62,970 nucleotides of DNA from an uncultured Bacteroidota bacterium. GTDB lineage: Bacteria; Bacteroidota; Bacteroidia; 2-12-FULL-35-15. Numbering within the stretch: position 1 is the first letter of the stretch; each line of letters begins with the position of its first letter. Under the pieces are notes generated by a model. It was not told the DNA's origin, ran no database searches, and saw nothing but the letters and a program-made list of their open reading frames with translations. Below are positions 10,370 to 20,430 of this stretch, in pieces. The stretch covers positions 1-62,970 of the forward strand of contig CAIXIP010000220.1 of the NCBI GenBank assembly GCA_903919535.1, written 5' to 3'. Made by a program: the position numbers and the translations under genes.

Positions 10370-10777
10370 ATGAACAGACCCATAAGAGTTTTAATTGCAA
10401 AAGTTGGGCTTGACGGACACGATCGCGGGGCAAAAGTTATTGCTTCTTTTTTACGCGATGCAGGTATGGAAGTAATTTATACCGGTTTGCGTCAAACACC
10501 AGAAATGGTTGTTAATGCTGCTTTACAGGAAGATGTTGATGCTATTGGTGTTAGCATTTTGTCTGGAGCACACAACACAGTTTTTCCGAAAATAATAGCA
10601 CTCATGAAAGAGAAAGGCTTGGATGATGTGTTGTTGACCGGTGGCGGAATCATACCTGATCAGGATATGAAAAAGCTGAACGAAAAAGGTGTTGGTCAGT
10701 TATTCCCTCCAGGAACAGATACCAAACAAATTGTAGAATACATCACTAATTACGTAAAAGAACATCGCAAATTTTAG
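10370..10777 (+). CDS. Cobalamin (B12)-binding domain protein, methylmalonyl-CoA mutase C-terminal-domain type
   Basis: 135 aa. The DxHxxG B12-binding motif is present ([11 protein letters not shown]), followed by SILSGAH and GGGIIP. Confidence 0.85.
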   Translation: MNRPIRVLIAKVGLDGHDRGAKVIASFLRDAGMEVIYTGLRQTPEMVVNAALQEDVDAIGVSILSGAHNTVFPKIIALMKEKGLDDVLLTGGGIIPDQDMKKLNEKGVGQLFPPGTDTKQIVEYITNYVKEHRKF

Positions 10778-10795
10778 AATAAAATCTGATTTATT

Positions 10796-11578
10796 ATGAC
10801 CTACGAAAATATTTTAACCTCCGCAGAAAACAGTATTTTAACTATCACTATTAACCGTCCTGATAAGTTAAATGCACTTAATAAAAAAACAATTGATGAA
10901 TTAAATAAAGCACTAATTATTGCTGAAAAGGATGCTTCTGTTAAAGTTATTATCATTACCGGATCAGGACAAAAAGCATTTGTTGCTGGAGCAGATATTT
11001 CTGAATTTGCAAATTTTTCTGTAGAACAGGGAAAAGCGCTTAGTGCCGAAGGACATAAAAAATTATTTGATTGCATTGAAAACCTTTCTAAACCTGTAAT
11101 TGGTGCCGTAAATGGTTTTGCTTTAGGAGGTGGATTGGAATTATCAATGGCTTGCCATATTCGTGTGGCTTCTGATAATGCTAAAATGGGTTTGCCTGAA
11201 GTTTCTTTAGGTGTAATTCCTGGTTATGGCGGAACACAGCGTCTTGCTCAATTAGTAGGAAAAGGAAAAGCTTATGAAATGATCATGACTGCTGATATGA
11301 TAACAGCAGCTGATGCACTTGCTTGGGGCTTAGTAAATCATGTAACCACTCAAGATGGTTTGATGACAAAATGTTTAGAGATTGCAGGAAAGATATTATC
11401 AAAATCCCCAACTGCAATTGCAAGTGCAATTCGTTCAGTAAATGCAAATTTTAAAGATAGCGTAAATGGTTTTGCTGTTGAAATCGATGAATTTGGAATT
11501 TGTTTTGGAACAGAAGATTTCAAAGAAGGAACAACAGCTTTTCTTGAAAAACGCAAAGCAAATTTTTCAGGAAAATAA
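10796..11578 (+). CDS. Enoyl-CoA hydratase/isomerase (crotonase) family
   Basis: 260 aa. GSGQKAFVAGADI, NGFALGGGLELSMACH and LPEVSLGVIPGYGGTQRL. Confidence 0.9.
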   Translation: MTYENILTSAENSILTITINRPDKLNALNKKTIDELNKALIIAEKDASVKVIIITGSGQKAFVAGADISEFANFSVEQGKALSAEGHKKLFDCIENLSKPVIGAVNGFALGGGLELSMACHIRVASDNAKMGLPEVSLGVIPGYGGTQRLAQLVGKGKAYEMIMTADMITAADALAWGLVNHVTTQDGLMTKCLEIAGKILSKSPTAIASAIRSVNANFKDSVNGFAVEIDEFGICFGTEDFKEGTTAFLEKRKANFSGK

Positions 11579-11626
11579 TTTTTTCAGACTAACGTTATTG
11601 GATTTCATAAATCCGAAATCAACATT

Positions 11627-13105
11627 TTGAATCCACTAAAAAAACTCGCTTCGCAAACTGCAATTTATGGTTTACCAACCATTGTGGGGCGTTTGTTGAA
11701 TTATTTGCTTAACCCTCTTTTTGCATTTAGTTTCAGTACTTCCGAAATGGGAGTGGTAACATCTGCATATGCTTATGTTTCTTTCCTTCTGATCTTCTTA
11801 ACATATGGAATGGAAACAGCTCTATTTCGCTTTTCGCAATTAGAAGATGATAAACAAAAAGTATATACAACATCACTGATTTCTTTGCTTTTTTCTTCAG
11901 CGTTTTTTATAATCATAGTATCTTTATTTTCCTCTTCCATCTCCGAAGGCCTTAAGTTTTCTGGTCATTCAGAGTATGTTGTTTGGTTTGCGATAATAAT
12001 AGGAACAGATGCTTTAACCGCAATTCCATTTGCAAAGCTACGTGAACAAGGTAAAGCAAAACGTTTTGCAATTGTAAAAACAATCAATATTTGTATCAAT
12101 ATCGGCTTAAATTTATTTTTTATTTTATTTTGCAAAAGGGTATTTGAATCAACAGATTCTGTTTTCAAACCTTTTGTTGAAATAGTTTATAATCCTGCAA
12201 TAGGTGTTGGGTATATTTTTATTTCTAATCTGGTTGCAAGTATTGTAACTCTTTTGATTTTATCTCCGGAGATATTAAAGATCAAATTTGTTTTTGATAC
12301 CATTATCTGGAAAAAAATGATGCGTTACGCAATGCCTTTGCTTGTTGCCGGACTTGCTGGAATGATAAACGAAACATTGGATAGGGTTTTATTGATCCAT
12401 TTAATTCCCAATAAAGAAGAAGCTCTTTCTCAAACAGGTATTTATGGTTCTTGCTATAAGGTTTCTATCATCATGACCATTTTTATTCAAACCTTTCGAT
12501 TTGCTGCCGAACCATTCTTTTTCAGCCATTCTAAAGAAAAAGATGCAAAGAAAACCTATGCTGATGTTATGAAATATTTTGTCATTATTTGCTCCATTAT
12601 TTTTTTAGGAACTATGATGAACATGCAATGGATACAGTATTTTGCTGGAAAAGCTGAGTTCAGAACAGGTATCAAGGTGGTTCCAATTTTGTTACTTGCA
12701 AATATGTTTTTGGGGATATTTTTTAATCAATCAATTTGGTATAAACTTACCGGCCAAACTCATTTTGGAGCATTATTAACGATTTTTGGGGCAATCATAA
12801 CAGTTGCATTAAATATCTATTGGATTCCGCGTATAGGTTATATGGGAAGCGCTTGGGCTACATTGATTTGTTATGCTAGTATGATGGTTGCTTCTTACTT
12901 TTTGGGAAATAAACATTACCCTGTTAATTATGATTTAAAACGCATCCTGGGTTATTTGGGTTTATCGTTAGCTTTGTACTTTGTCAGTATTGTGATTAAA
13001 ACGGATTCAACAGCTGTTAACTTATTTGTCAATAACATGCTGCTTATTGGTTTTGTTATAACTGCCTGGATGTTAGAAAAAAAGAATTTAAAAATTTTAC
13101 AATGA
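11627..13105 (+). CDS. Polysaccharide/oligosaccharide flippase-like membrane protein (MOP/Wzx family)
   Basis: 492 aa, TTG start, about 12-14 TM helices, typical size and hydrophobicity pattern. Overlaps dut by 4 nt. Confidence 0.65.
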   Translation: MNPLKKLASQTAIYGLPTIVGRLLNYLLNPLFAFSFSTSEMGVVTSAYAYVSFLLIFLTYGMETALFRFSQLEDDKQKVYTTSLISLLFSSAFFIIIVSLFSSSISEGLKFSGHSEYVVWFAIIIGTDALTAIPFAKLREQGKAKRFAIVKTINICINIGLNLFFILFCKRVFESTDSVFKPFVEIVYNPAIGVGYIFISNLVASIVTLLILSPEILKIKFVFDTIIWKKMMRYAMPLLVAGLAGMINETLDRVLLIHLIPNKEEALSQTGIYGSCYKVSIIMTIFIQTFRFAAEPFFFSHSKEKDAKKTYADVMKYFVIICSIIFLGTMMNMQWIQYFAGKAEFRTGIKVVPILLLANMFLGIFFNQSIWYKLTGQTHFGALLTIFGAIITVALNIYWIPRIGYMGSAWATLICYASMMVASYFLGNKHYPVNYDLKRILGYLGLSLALYFVSIVIKTDSTAVNLFVNNMLLIGFVITAWMLEKKNLKILQ

Positions 13106-13536
13106 AGATAAAGATCATTAACAAATCAAAACATGAATTGCCTAGCTATGCTACATTTGCGGCTGCAGGAATGGATTTGCGTGCAAATTTAGATGCGCCA
13201 ATTGTATTGAAATCATTGGAAAGAACATTGGTCCCTACCGGTTTATTCATGGAAATACCTGTCGGTTTTGAAGCTCAGGTTCGCCCTCGAAGCGGTTTAG
13301 CTTTTAAAAATGGTTTAACCGTGCTTAATTCCCCAGGTACTATTGATGCTGATTATCGCGGAGAAGTAAAAGTAATTTTGGTTAATCTTTCTAACCAGGA
13401 TTTTACAATTAATGATGGAGAACGAGTAGCTCAAATGGTTATAGCAAAGCATGAGCAAGCTGAATGGATTGAAGTTGAGCAGTTAGAAGAAACCACCAGA
13501 GGAGAAGGCGGTTTTGGGAGTACAGGAAAAAAATAA
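13102..13536 (+). CDS. dut: dUTP diphosphatase
   Basis: 144 aa. [30 protein letters not shown] and [10 protein letters not shown]. Confidence 0.95.
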   Translation: MKIKIINKSKHELPSYATFAAAGMDLRANLDAPIVLKSLERTLVPTGLFMEIPVGFEAQVRPRSGLAFKNGLTVLNSPGTIDADYRGEVKVILVNLSNQDFTINDGERVAQMVIAKHEQAEWIEVEQLEETTRGEGGFGSTGKK

Positions 13537-13588
13537 GAAATTTAAACATTAACATAGCCTCTTTTTGAGAGGCAAAAGGTAGAGATTT

Positions 13589-14587
13589 ATGAAGATAATT
13601 ATCCCAATGGCTGGAATGGGCAAGCGTATGCGCCCACATACACTTACAACTCCAAAACCACTTATACCTATTGCGGGGAAACCAATGGTGCAACGTATTG
13701 TTGAAGACATCATAAAAGTGTGTGATGAAAAAGTTGACGAAATAGCTTTTGTTGTTGGTCGTTTCGGTAAAGAAGCAGAAAATAATCTTATAAAAGTTGC
13801 TGAAAGTTTAGGTGCTAAAGGAAGTATTTTTTATCAAGACACCCCTTTAGGAACAGCTCACGCAATCATGTGTGCCAAAGAATGTGTGACCGGCAAAGTG
13901 GTAGTAGCTTTTGCAGATACGCTTTTTAAGGCCGACTTTAAAATGGATTCTTCACAGGAAGGAATTATCTGGGTTCAAAAAGTAGATGACCCAAAACCTT
14001 TTGGTGTGGTGAAACTAGATGCAAACAATGTGATAACTGATTTTGTTGAGAAACCAACTGAATTTGTTTCTGACCTAGCAATAATTGGTATTTATTACTT
14101 TAAAGATGGTGATTATTTAAGACGAGAATTGCAATATTTGCTTGACAACGATATCAAAGAAAAAGGCGAGTATCAGTTGACCAACGCGCTTGAAAACATG
14201 AAAGCGAAAGGAACAAAATTTACTCCCGGTAAAGTTACCGAATGGCTTGATTGCGGAAATAAAGATGCTACTGTTTATACCAATTCACGTATTCTAGAGT
14301 TTATAAAAGATACTTTAGTTCACAAAACAGTTAACAATCAAAATTCACGGATAATTGAACCTTGTTATATTGGCGAAAATGTGAAATTGATCAATTCAGA
14401 TATTGGACCTCATGTTTCAATTGGAGAAGGTTGTGTGATAGAAAATTCGGTTGTTAAAAATTGTATCATTCAAACAAACAGTAAAATAAAAAATGCGGAA
14501 TTAAGCAATTCAATGGTCGGCAATTTTTCCGAATTTTCAGGAAAATCAAACGATGCAAGCATTGGAGATTATAGCACCATAAAATAA
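13589..14587 (+). CDS. Sugar-phosphate nucleotidyltransferase with C-terminal left-handed beta-helix region
   Basis: 332 aa. N-terminal IIPMAGMGKRMRP (GxGxR) motif; the hexapeptide-like C-terminus is isoleucine/valine-rich. Confidence 0.8.
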   Translation: MKIIIPMAGMGKRMRPHTLTTPKPLIPIAGKPMVQRIVEDIIKVCDEKVDEIAFVVGRFGKEAENNLIKVAESLGAKGSIFYQDTPLGTAHAIMCAKECVTGKVVVAFADTLFKADFKMDSSQEGIIWVQKVDDPKPFGVVKLDANNVITDFVEKPTEFVSDLAIIGIYYFKDGDYLRRELQYLLDNDIKEKGEYQLTNALENMKAKGTKFTPGKVTEWLDCGNKDATVYTNSRILEFIKDTLVHKTVNNQNSRIIEPCYIGENVKLINSDIGPHVSIGEGCVIENSVVKNCIIQTNSKIKNAELSNSMVGNFSEFSGKSNDASIGDYSTIK

Positions 14588-14591
14588 AATT

Positions 14592-16352
14592 TTGAAAAAA
14601 AACAGATCATTTTCGTTTCGCTTTTTTATCCTCATGACAATGGGGGCACTATTAATATTTTCTATTACAGCTTGCAAAACCAATAAAGCAACAGCAACAA
14701 AAGGTGATTCAGGCAAAGAGTTAACAGGCAAAGCACGTGTTGATTTTGAATACGTTTTTTTTAATGGCAACAAAGAAAAAATGTTGGCTAATTATGATTT
14801 GGCAGAAACTCTTTTTTCACAAGCTTTAAAAATTGACCCTAATAGTTCAGCCACAATGTACGAGTTGGCAAATATTTATGCCTTCCAAAACAACAAGAAT
14901 CAAGCGTTGTTTTACAGTAAAAAAGCAGCAGCAGCTGACCCTCATAATGTTTGGTTCCAAACCCTTTATGCTGAGTGTTTGAAAGAAAGTAAGCAACCTG
15001 CTGAAGTTGCAAATGTGTACAAAAAACTAGTGAACGACTACCCGGATAGAATTGATTTTTATTATGAATTAGCCAATGCTTATTTATTCGCAAACAAACC
15101 AAGTGATGCAATAAAAACATACAATAAGATAGAAGAAAGAGTTGGGGTAACCGAGGATGCGTCCTTGCAAAAATTAAAAATTTACAAGGGCACAAACCAA
15201 TTCGATAAAGCGCTTGAGGAAGCAAAAAAATTAATAAAAACTTACCCCAAAGAAGGAAAATATTATGGTATGCTGGGTGAGTTGTATCAGGAAAAAGGCT
15301 TATATGACAAGGCGTTTGAATCATATAATGAGCTATTGAAAGTTGATTCAACAAATGCATATGTGCACCTTTCGTTAGCTGATTATTATAGAAATCTTAA
15401 GCAAAACGACAAAGCCTTTCAGGAAATAAAAATTGCTTTTAAAAGCAAAGAACTAGACATCGATACAAAAATTAAGATTCTATTATCATATTATTCTATT
15501 ACAGAAACATACACTGAATTAAAGTCTGATGCAGATGAATTATGCAAGATAATTGTTGAGGTGCATCCCGATGAGGCAAAAGCGTTTTCTATGTATGGTG
15601 ATTTTTTATATCGTGATAAAAAACTGGAAGAGGCGAGAGTACAATATAGAAAAGCGATTACTCTGGATAAAGAAAAATATGCACTTTGGAACCAATTGTT
15701 ATTAATTAATTCAGAGTTAAATGATTACGAATCCATGCAAAAAGAAAGTAAAGAAGCGATGGAGCTTTTTCCAAATCAATCTTTACCTTATTTTTTTAAT
15801 GGAGCCTCCAATGTTCAATTAAAAAATTATAAAGAAGCAATAATTGCTCTTACTGATGGGAAAGAATTTGTTTTTGATAACAAACCTCTTCTTGCCCAAT
15901 TTTATGCAACTATTGGCGATGCTCAAAATCAGTTAAAAAACTACTCAGCTTCCGATTCGGCATACGACAAGGCTTTGGAGAGTGATCCAAGCAATATTTA
16001 TGTGCTTAATAATTATGCCTATTACTTATCCTTGCGAAATTCTAGTTTGGAAAAAGCGGAAGTAATGTCAAAAAAATGTAATGATCTCGCACCAAATAAT
16101 AATTCTTACCAAGACACTTATGGATGGGTATTATATAAAATGGGAAAATTTGATGATGCAAAATTGTGGATAGGAAAAGCAATAGAAAATGGAGGTAAAG
16201 CCAATGGAACATTATTGGAGCATTATGGCGATATTTTATATAAACTTGGCGATATCGATAATGCTTTAAAGTATTGGATGGACGCTAAAAAACTTGGCGG
16301 GGCGGGTGATAATATTGATAAGAAAATTGCAGATAAAAAGTTATATGAATAA
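14592..16352 (+). CDS. TPR-repeat lipoprotein
   Basis: 586 aa, TTG start. Lipobox-like FSITAC, then many TPR units (YELANIYAFQNNKNQALFY and others). Confidence 0.8.
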   Translation: MKKNRSFSFRFFILMTMGALLIFSITACKTNKATATKGDSGKELTGKARVDFEYVFFNGNKEKMLANYDLAETLFSQALKIDPNSSATMYELANIYAFQNNKNQALFYSKKAAAADPHNVWFQTLYAECLKESKQPAEVANVYKKLVNDYPDRIDFYYELANAYLFANKPSDAIKTYNKIEERVGVTEDASLQKLKIYKGTNQFDKALEEAKKLIKTYPKEGKYYGMLGELYQEKGLYDKAFESYNELLKVDSTNAYVHLSLADYYRNLKQNDKAFQEIKIAFKSKELDIDTKIKILLSYYSITETYTELKSDADELCKIIVEVHPDEAKAFSMYGDFLYRDKKLEEARVQYRKAITLDKEKYALWNQLLLINSELNDYESMQKESKEAMELFPNQSLPYFFNGASNVQLKNYKEAIIALTDGKEFVFDNKPLLAQFYATIGDAQNQLKNYSASDSAYDKALESDPSNIYVLNNYAYYLSLRNSSLEKAEVMSKKCNDLAPNNNSYQDTYGWVLYKMGKFDDAKLWIGKAIENGGKANGTLLEHYGDILYKLGDIDNALKYWMDAKKLGGAGDNIDKKIADKKLYE

Positions 16353-17223
16353 CCGAAAAATATTTTTTTTTCAATTTTTTCTCGAAATAAAGACAGGATT
16401 TCTTTTTCTTTCTTTTCTTTCTCTTTTTGTTTTAGGGTCTTGCAAGCATCAACAAAAAATTGTGCTAAATAGTGGTAAGTGTCTTTTAAATTTTAAAAAC
16501 GCCAAAACACTAACAAGCAATTTAAAAGCCAGTGAATTTAAGTTTGACAGGTTGAATGCGAAGCTCACAGTAGAAGCTTTGATTGACAGTTCTTCTGAGT
16601 CTTTTACCGTTTCCATAAGGATTAAAAAAGATAGTATTATTTGGATGTCAATTTCTAAGATGGGTATTGAAGGTGCAAGGATGTTGATAACGAAAGACTC
16701 TGTTAAGTTTACGAATACCATGAGTAAAAAATATTTCAAAGGCGATTTCGCTTATTTGAGTCAACTGTTAAATACCGAATTAGATTTTGAAATACTGCAA
16801 TCTCTGCTTATCGGAAACAGTGTCACATTTTACGATGAGGAAGAAAAGCTTAAACCCGGTGTAAATGATTGTCAATATACACTTGGAACCATTCGTAAAA
16901 AGAAACTTCGGAGAGTAATGGAAAAGGGAAAAGAATTAAAAGAGCCTGTTCAAAGTATTTACTTAATTCCTGAAACCTATAAAATTTCTCGTATTATATT
17001 TTATGATTTTAACCCTGATAGAAGCCTGGATGCTCAATATAGCAATTTCGAAAAAGTTGATTCTTTGCAATGGTTTCCTCAAAAAATGAGCTATGTAGTT
17101 AGGGCACAAAAAAATATAAGTGTCGATATCAATTATTCGAAAGTGATATTAAATGCCGAACAAACTTTTCCATTCAAAATACCAAGCAATTATGAGCCGA
17201 TTGAAACTAAAAAAGACAAGTAG
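16345..17223 (+). CDS. Lipoprotein of unknown function (DUF4292-like by position)
   Basis: 292 aa from the ATG at 16345, which overlaps the upstream stop. Signal/lipobox FVLGSC. It sits between a TPR protein and an M23 peptidase, an arrangement remembered from other Bacteroidota; unverified. Confidence 0.5.
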   Translation: MNNRKIFFFQFFLEIKTGFLFLSFLSLFVLGSCKHQQKIVLNSGKCLLNFKNAKTLTSNLKASEFKFDRLNAKLTVEALIDSSSESFTVSIRIKKDSIIWMSISKMGIEGARMLITKDSVKFTNTMSKKYFKGDFAYLSQLLNTELDFEILQSLLIGNSVTFYDEEEKLKPGVNDCQYTLGTIRKKKLRRVMEKGKELKEPVQSIYLIPETYKISRIIFYDFNPDRSLDAQYSNFEKVDSLQWFPQKMSYVVRAQKNISVDINYSKVILNAEQTFPFKIPSNYEPIETKKDK

Positions 17224-18448
17224 TCGTGTTTTTTTTCTTCTTCTTTTCTGTTTGGCAATGCTAAGCACGGGTATTTTATTTGCACAAAAACAAACCAAAA
17301 AAGATCTTGAAAACAAAAAGAAACAGCTTCAGGCAGAGATAGAGAAGACGAATCAATTATTGAACGAAACAAAAAAAAATAAAAAACTTTCGTTGAATCA
17401 ATTGGTAATGCTAAATAAAAAAATAAGTGTCAGAGAAGAGCTTATCTCAACAATAAATGGAGAAATTTTTGATTTAAATAAGCAAATAGTCGAAAACAAT
17501 GAATCAATAAAAGGCTTGCAAAATGATCTGGGGAAACTAAAATCAGAATATGCTAAAATGATCTATTATGCTTATAAAAACCAGGATGCATACAGCAGAT
17601 TGGTATTTATTTTTGCGGCAAAAGATTTTGAGCAAGCTTTTATGCGATTAAAATATCTGCAACAGTATAGCGATTACAGACATAAGCAAGCAGAATTGAT
17701 CTTAAGTACCAAAAAAAATCTGAATGAAAAGGTTCAAAGTTTAGAAGAACGAAAATCTGATCAACGTGTTTTACTTAGTAGTCAGGAGGTTGAAAAACAT
17801 AATCTTACTTCCGAAAAAACAGAAAAGGAGCAGGTGTTTTCTGAGCTCCAACAACAGGAAAGTAAACTAAAAAAAGACTTAGAGAAAAAGAAGCAAGATG
17901 CACAGAAATTGCAACAGGCAATTCAGCGTATCATCCAAAAAGAACTTGAAAAGGCTCAAAAACAGGCCGAAACAGAAAATAAGCCGAAACCGCAAAAATT
18001 AATTCTTACACCGGAATCGCAACAGCTTTCAAACTCTTTTGCCAGTAATAAAAGCAGATTGCCTTGGCCTGTGGCAAAAGGGGTGATAAGTGAGCGTTTT
18101 GGTACCCATCCACATCCATTGATGCCGAATATTGATATTAATAATAACGGAATAGATATTACCACAAATAACGGATCCTTAACTAGAGCCGTGTTTGATG
18201 GAGAGGTTACCGGAATCGCTAATATACCAGGAGCCGGACAGCTTGTTATTATTCGTCATGGGGATTTTCTTTCGGTATATGCCAACTTGAAAGATGTGTA
18301 TGTGAAATCGGGAGAAAAAATTAAAACCAAGCAAAATATCGGTTCAATAATTTTTGATGACGATGATTCAAAAACGGTTTTGCATTTTGAGATCTGGAAA
18401 GGGCAAACAAAATTAGACCCAGAAGATTGGTTGTATAAGAATAACTAA
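17192..18448 (+). CDS. Coiled-coil M23 peptidase (EnvC-like murein hydrolase activator)
   Basis: 418 aa from the Met starting a signal sequence (MSRLKLKKTSSRVFFLLLFCLAML). Long K/E/Q coiled coil, then an M23 domain (GIDI, HGDFLSVYANL, LHFEIWKG). Confidence 0.8.
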   Translation: MSRLKLKKTSSRVFFLLLFCLAMLSTGILFAQKQTKKDLENKKKQLQAEIEKTNQLLNETKKNKKLSLNQLVMLNKKISVREELISTINGEIFDLNKQIVENNESIKGLQNDLGKLKSEYAKMIYYAYKNQDAYSRLVFIFAAKDFEQAFMRLKYLQQYSDYRHKQAELILSTKKNLNEKVQSLEERKSDQRVLLSSQEVEKHNLTSEKTEKEQVFSELQQQESKLKKDLEKKKQDAQKLQQAIQRIIQKELEKAQKQAETENKPKPQKLILTPESQQLSNSFASNKSRLPWPVAKGVISERFGTHPHPLMPNIDINNNGIDITTNNGSLTRAVFDGEVTGIANIPGAGQLVIIRHGDFLSVYANLKDVYVKSGEKIKTKQNIGSIIFDDDDSKTVLHFEIWKGQTKLDPEDWLYKNN

Positions 18449-18501
18449 AGTTCCGTTTTGTTAATGAATTGTAAAAACCGTTTCGCTATAATTATTTTCT
18501 T

Positions 18502-18509
18502 TATCTTTG
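18502..18509 (+). promoter_or_regulatory. -7 promoter box TATCTTTG upstream of tatA
   Basis: Perfect match to TAnnTTTG, 25 nt before the ATG at 18534. Confidence 0.45.
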
Positions 18510-18533
18510 GGGCATAATTAAAATCTTCATAAA

Positions 18534-18740
18534 ATGTTAAATAGTGTTTTACTTGGTATTTTTGGTCTTGGTGGATCTGAAATGATAATTATTCTGATAA
18601 TCGTTTTATTGCTTTTTGGCGGTAAAAAAATACCGGAATTAATGAAAGGTCTTGGTAAAGGAGTAAAGGAGTTTAAAGACGCATCTAAAGGTACTGATGG
18701 CGAAAATAACACCACCTCAACACCGGATAAAAAAGAATAA
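18534..18740 (+). CDS. tatA: Twin-arginine translocase TatA/TatE family subunit
   Basis: 68 aa. One N-terminal TM helix followed by [21 protein letters not shown]. Confidence 0.85.
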   Translation: MLNSVLLGIFGLGGSEMIIILIIVLLLFGGKKIPELMKGLGKGVKEFKDASKGTDGENNTTSTPDKKE

Positions 18741-18766
18741 TTTTTTCTTAAAAAATAATTCCAAAT

Positions 18767-18790
18767 TCCCCTCTTCTTATAGGGGATTTT
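18767..18790 (+). terminator. Rho-independent terminator after tatA
   Basis: TCCCCT (18767-18772) / AGGGGA (18781-18786) stem followed by TTTT. This argues that gatA starts at 18821, not 18791. Confidence 0.55.
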
Positions 18791-18820
18791 GTGTTTATAG
18801 TATTCCTTGATATAGCATAT

Positions 18821-20248
18821 ATGAAAACCTACCATTCTTTTGCAGAAGTTCAGTCTGATTTAACTAACAATGTAATTTCTTGCGTTGAGCTCACTCAATC
18901 ATATATAAATCGTATCACTTCTAAAAAAAACTTAAATGTTTTTTTAGAAGTATTTGAAATATCTGCTTTAGAAAAAGCAAAAGAAGTTGATGAGAAATTA
19001 AGATTAAAAACTGCAGGAAAACTTGCAGGAATGGTTATTGCGCTAAAAGATAATTTATGTTACAAAGGGCATAAAGTTTCAGCATCATCAAAAATATTAG
19101 AAGGTTTCGAATCTCTCTATAGTGCTACAGTTGTTGAACGATTGTTGGCCGAAGATGCAATAATCATTGGTCGTACCAACTGTGATGAATTTGCAATGGG
19201 AAGTTCCAATGAAAATTCTGCATTTGGAAATGTATTAAATCCTCTGGATACAAAATGTGTTCCCGGTGGTTCTTCGGGTGGTTCTGCAGCAGCTGTAGCA
19301 GCAGATTTATGTCTTGCTGCTTTAGGTACTGATACAGGAGGTTCTATTCGGCAACCCGCTTCTTTTTGTGGTGTAGTTGGATTAAAACCTACATATGGTC
19401 GTGTTTCACGGTATGGCGCCATTGCTTATGCTTCTTCATTTGACCAAATAGGACCGCTTACTAAAACTGTTGATGATGCAGCTTTAATATTGGAAGTAAT
19501 GGCTGGAAAAGATGAATATGACAGCACTGTTTCAACTAAACCTGTTCCTGCATATTCAAAAGAAATAAATAATAAACAGGCAAAAATTCGTGTTGCATAC
19601 ATTAAAGATTGTTTGGAAAAAGATGGCCTGGATCCCGAAATAAAACTTCGTATTAATGAGCTCATCGAAAAGTTAAAAGCAGCCGGACACACTGTTGAAG
19701 CTGTTGATTTTCCATATATCGATTATTTGGTTCCAACCTATTATGTTTTAACTACTGCCGAAGCATCATCAAACTTGGCTCGATATGATGGCATTACTTT
19801 TGGCTATAGAAGCACAAATGCTACCGATTTGGAATCAACCTATAAAAAATCACGTAGCGAAGGTTTTGGTCTTGAAGTAAAACGAAGAATCATGTTGGGA
19901 ACATTTGTTCTAAGCTCAGGGTATTATGATGCTTATTATTCAAAAGGTCAACGTGTTCGTAGGTTATTACAAAACAGAACAAATGAAATTTTAAGCAATT
20001 ATGATTTTATTTTATTGCCTACAACACCTGGTACAGCATTTGAATTTGGCCAAAAAGGAGCAGACCCGATAGCAATGTATTTGGAAGATATTTTTACTGT
20101 TCAAGCAAACATAACCGGAATACCTGCTATTTCTTTACCTATTGGCAAACATTCGAAAGGATTGCCTTTTGGTATTCAAATCATGGGAAATAAATTTGCT
20201 GAATCTCAATTGTTTGCTTTTTCAAAAACAGTGCAAAACGAATTTTAA
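18821..20248 (+). CDS. gatA: Asp-tRNA(Asn)/Glu-tRNA(Gln) amidotransferase subunit A
   Basis: 475 aa. Amidase signature GGSSGGSAAAVAA...GTDTGGSIRQPA; GatA-typical length and ends. Confidence 0.9.
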   Translation: MKTYHSFAEVQSDLTNNVISCVELTQSYINRITSKKNLNVFLEVFEISALEKAKEVDEKLRLKTAGKLAGMVIALKDNLCYKGHKVSASSKILEGFESLYSATVVERLLAEDAIIIGRTNCDEFAMGSSNENSAFGNVLNPLDTKCVPGGSSGGSAAAVAADLCLAALGTDTGGSIRQPASFCGVVGLKPTYGRVSRYGAIAYASSFDQIGPLTKTVDDAALILEVMAGKDEYDSTVSTKPVPAYSKEINNKQAKIRVAYIKDCLEKDGLDPEIKLRINELIEKLKAAGHTVEAVDFPYIDYLVPTYYVLTTAEASSNLARYDGITFGYRSTNATDLESTYKKSRSEGFGLEVKRRIMLGTFVLSSGYYDAYYSKGQRVRRLLQNRTNEILSNYDFILLPTTPGTAFEFGQKGADPIAMYLEDIFTVQANITGIPAISLPIGKHSKGLPFGIQIMGNKFAESQLFAFSKTVQNEF

Positions 20249-20430
20249 TTTCTTTTTCTCAATACACCGTAAACAAAGAAAATTAAGACTTTTTTCTAAT
20301 TCGATTTTTTATTAACAATTTTTCTGCAATAAAATAGGGACATTCACCCTCCTTATTTTGTATTTTCGGTTTTTCATTGCGATATTTGTATAGTAAGCAA
20401 AACATTGTTGTGGCGTTGTCGTTTTATAAT

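Noticed and set aside
14839-15360. 173-aa minus-strand ORF, the longest of the antisense ORFs in the track
   Set aside because: It lies entirely inside the well-supported TPR-protein gene (14592-16352) on the opposite strand. Its composition (Leu/Phe/His/Cys-rich) is typical of antisense reading of AT-rich coding DNA, and no motif is present.
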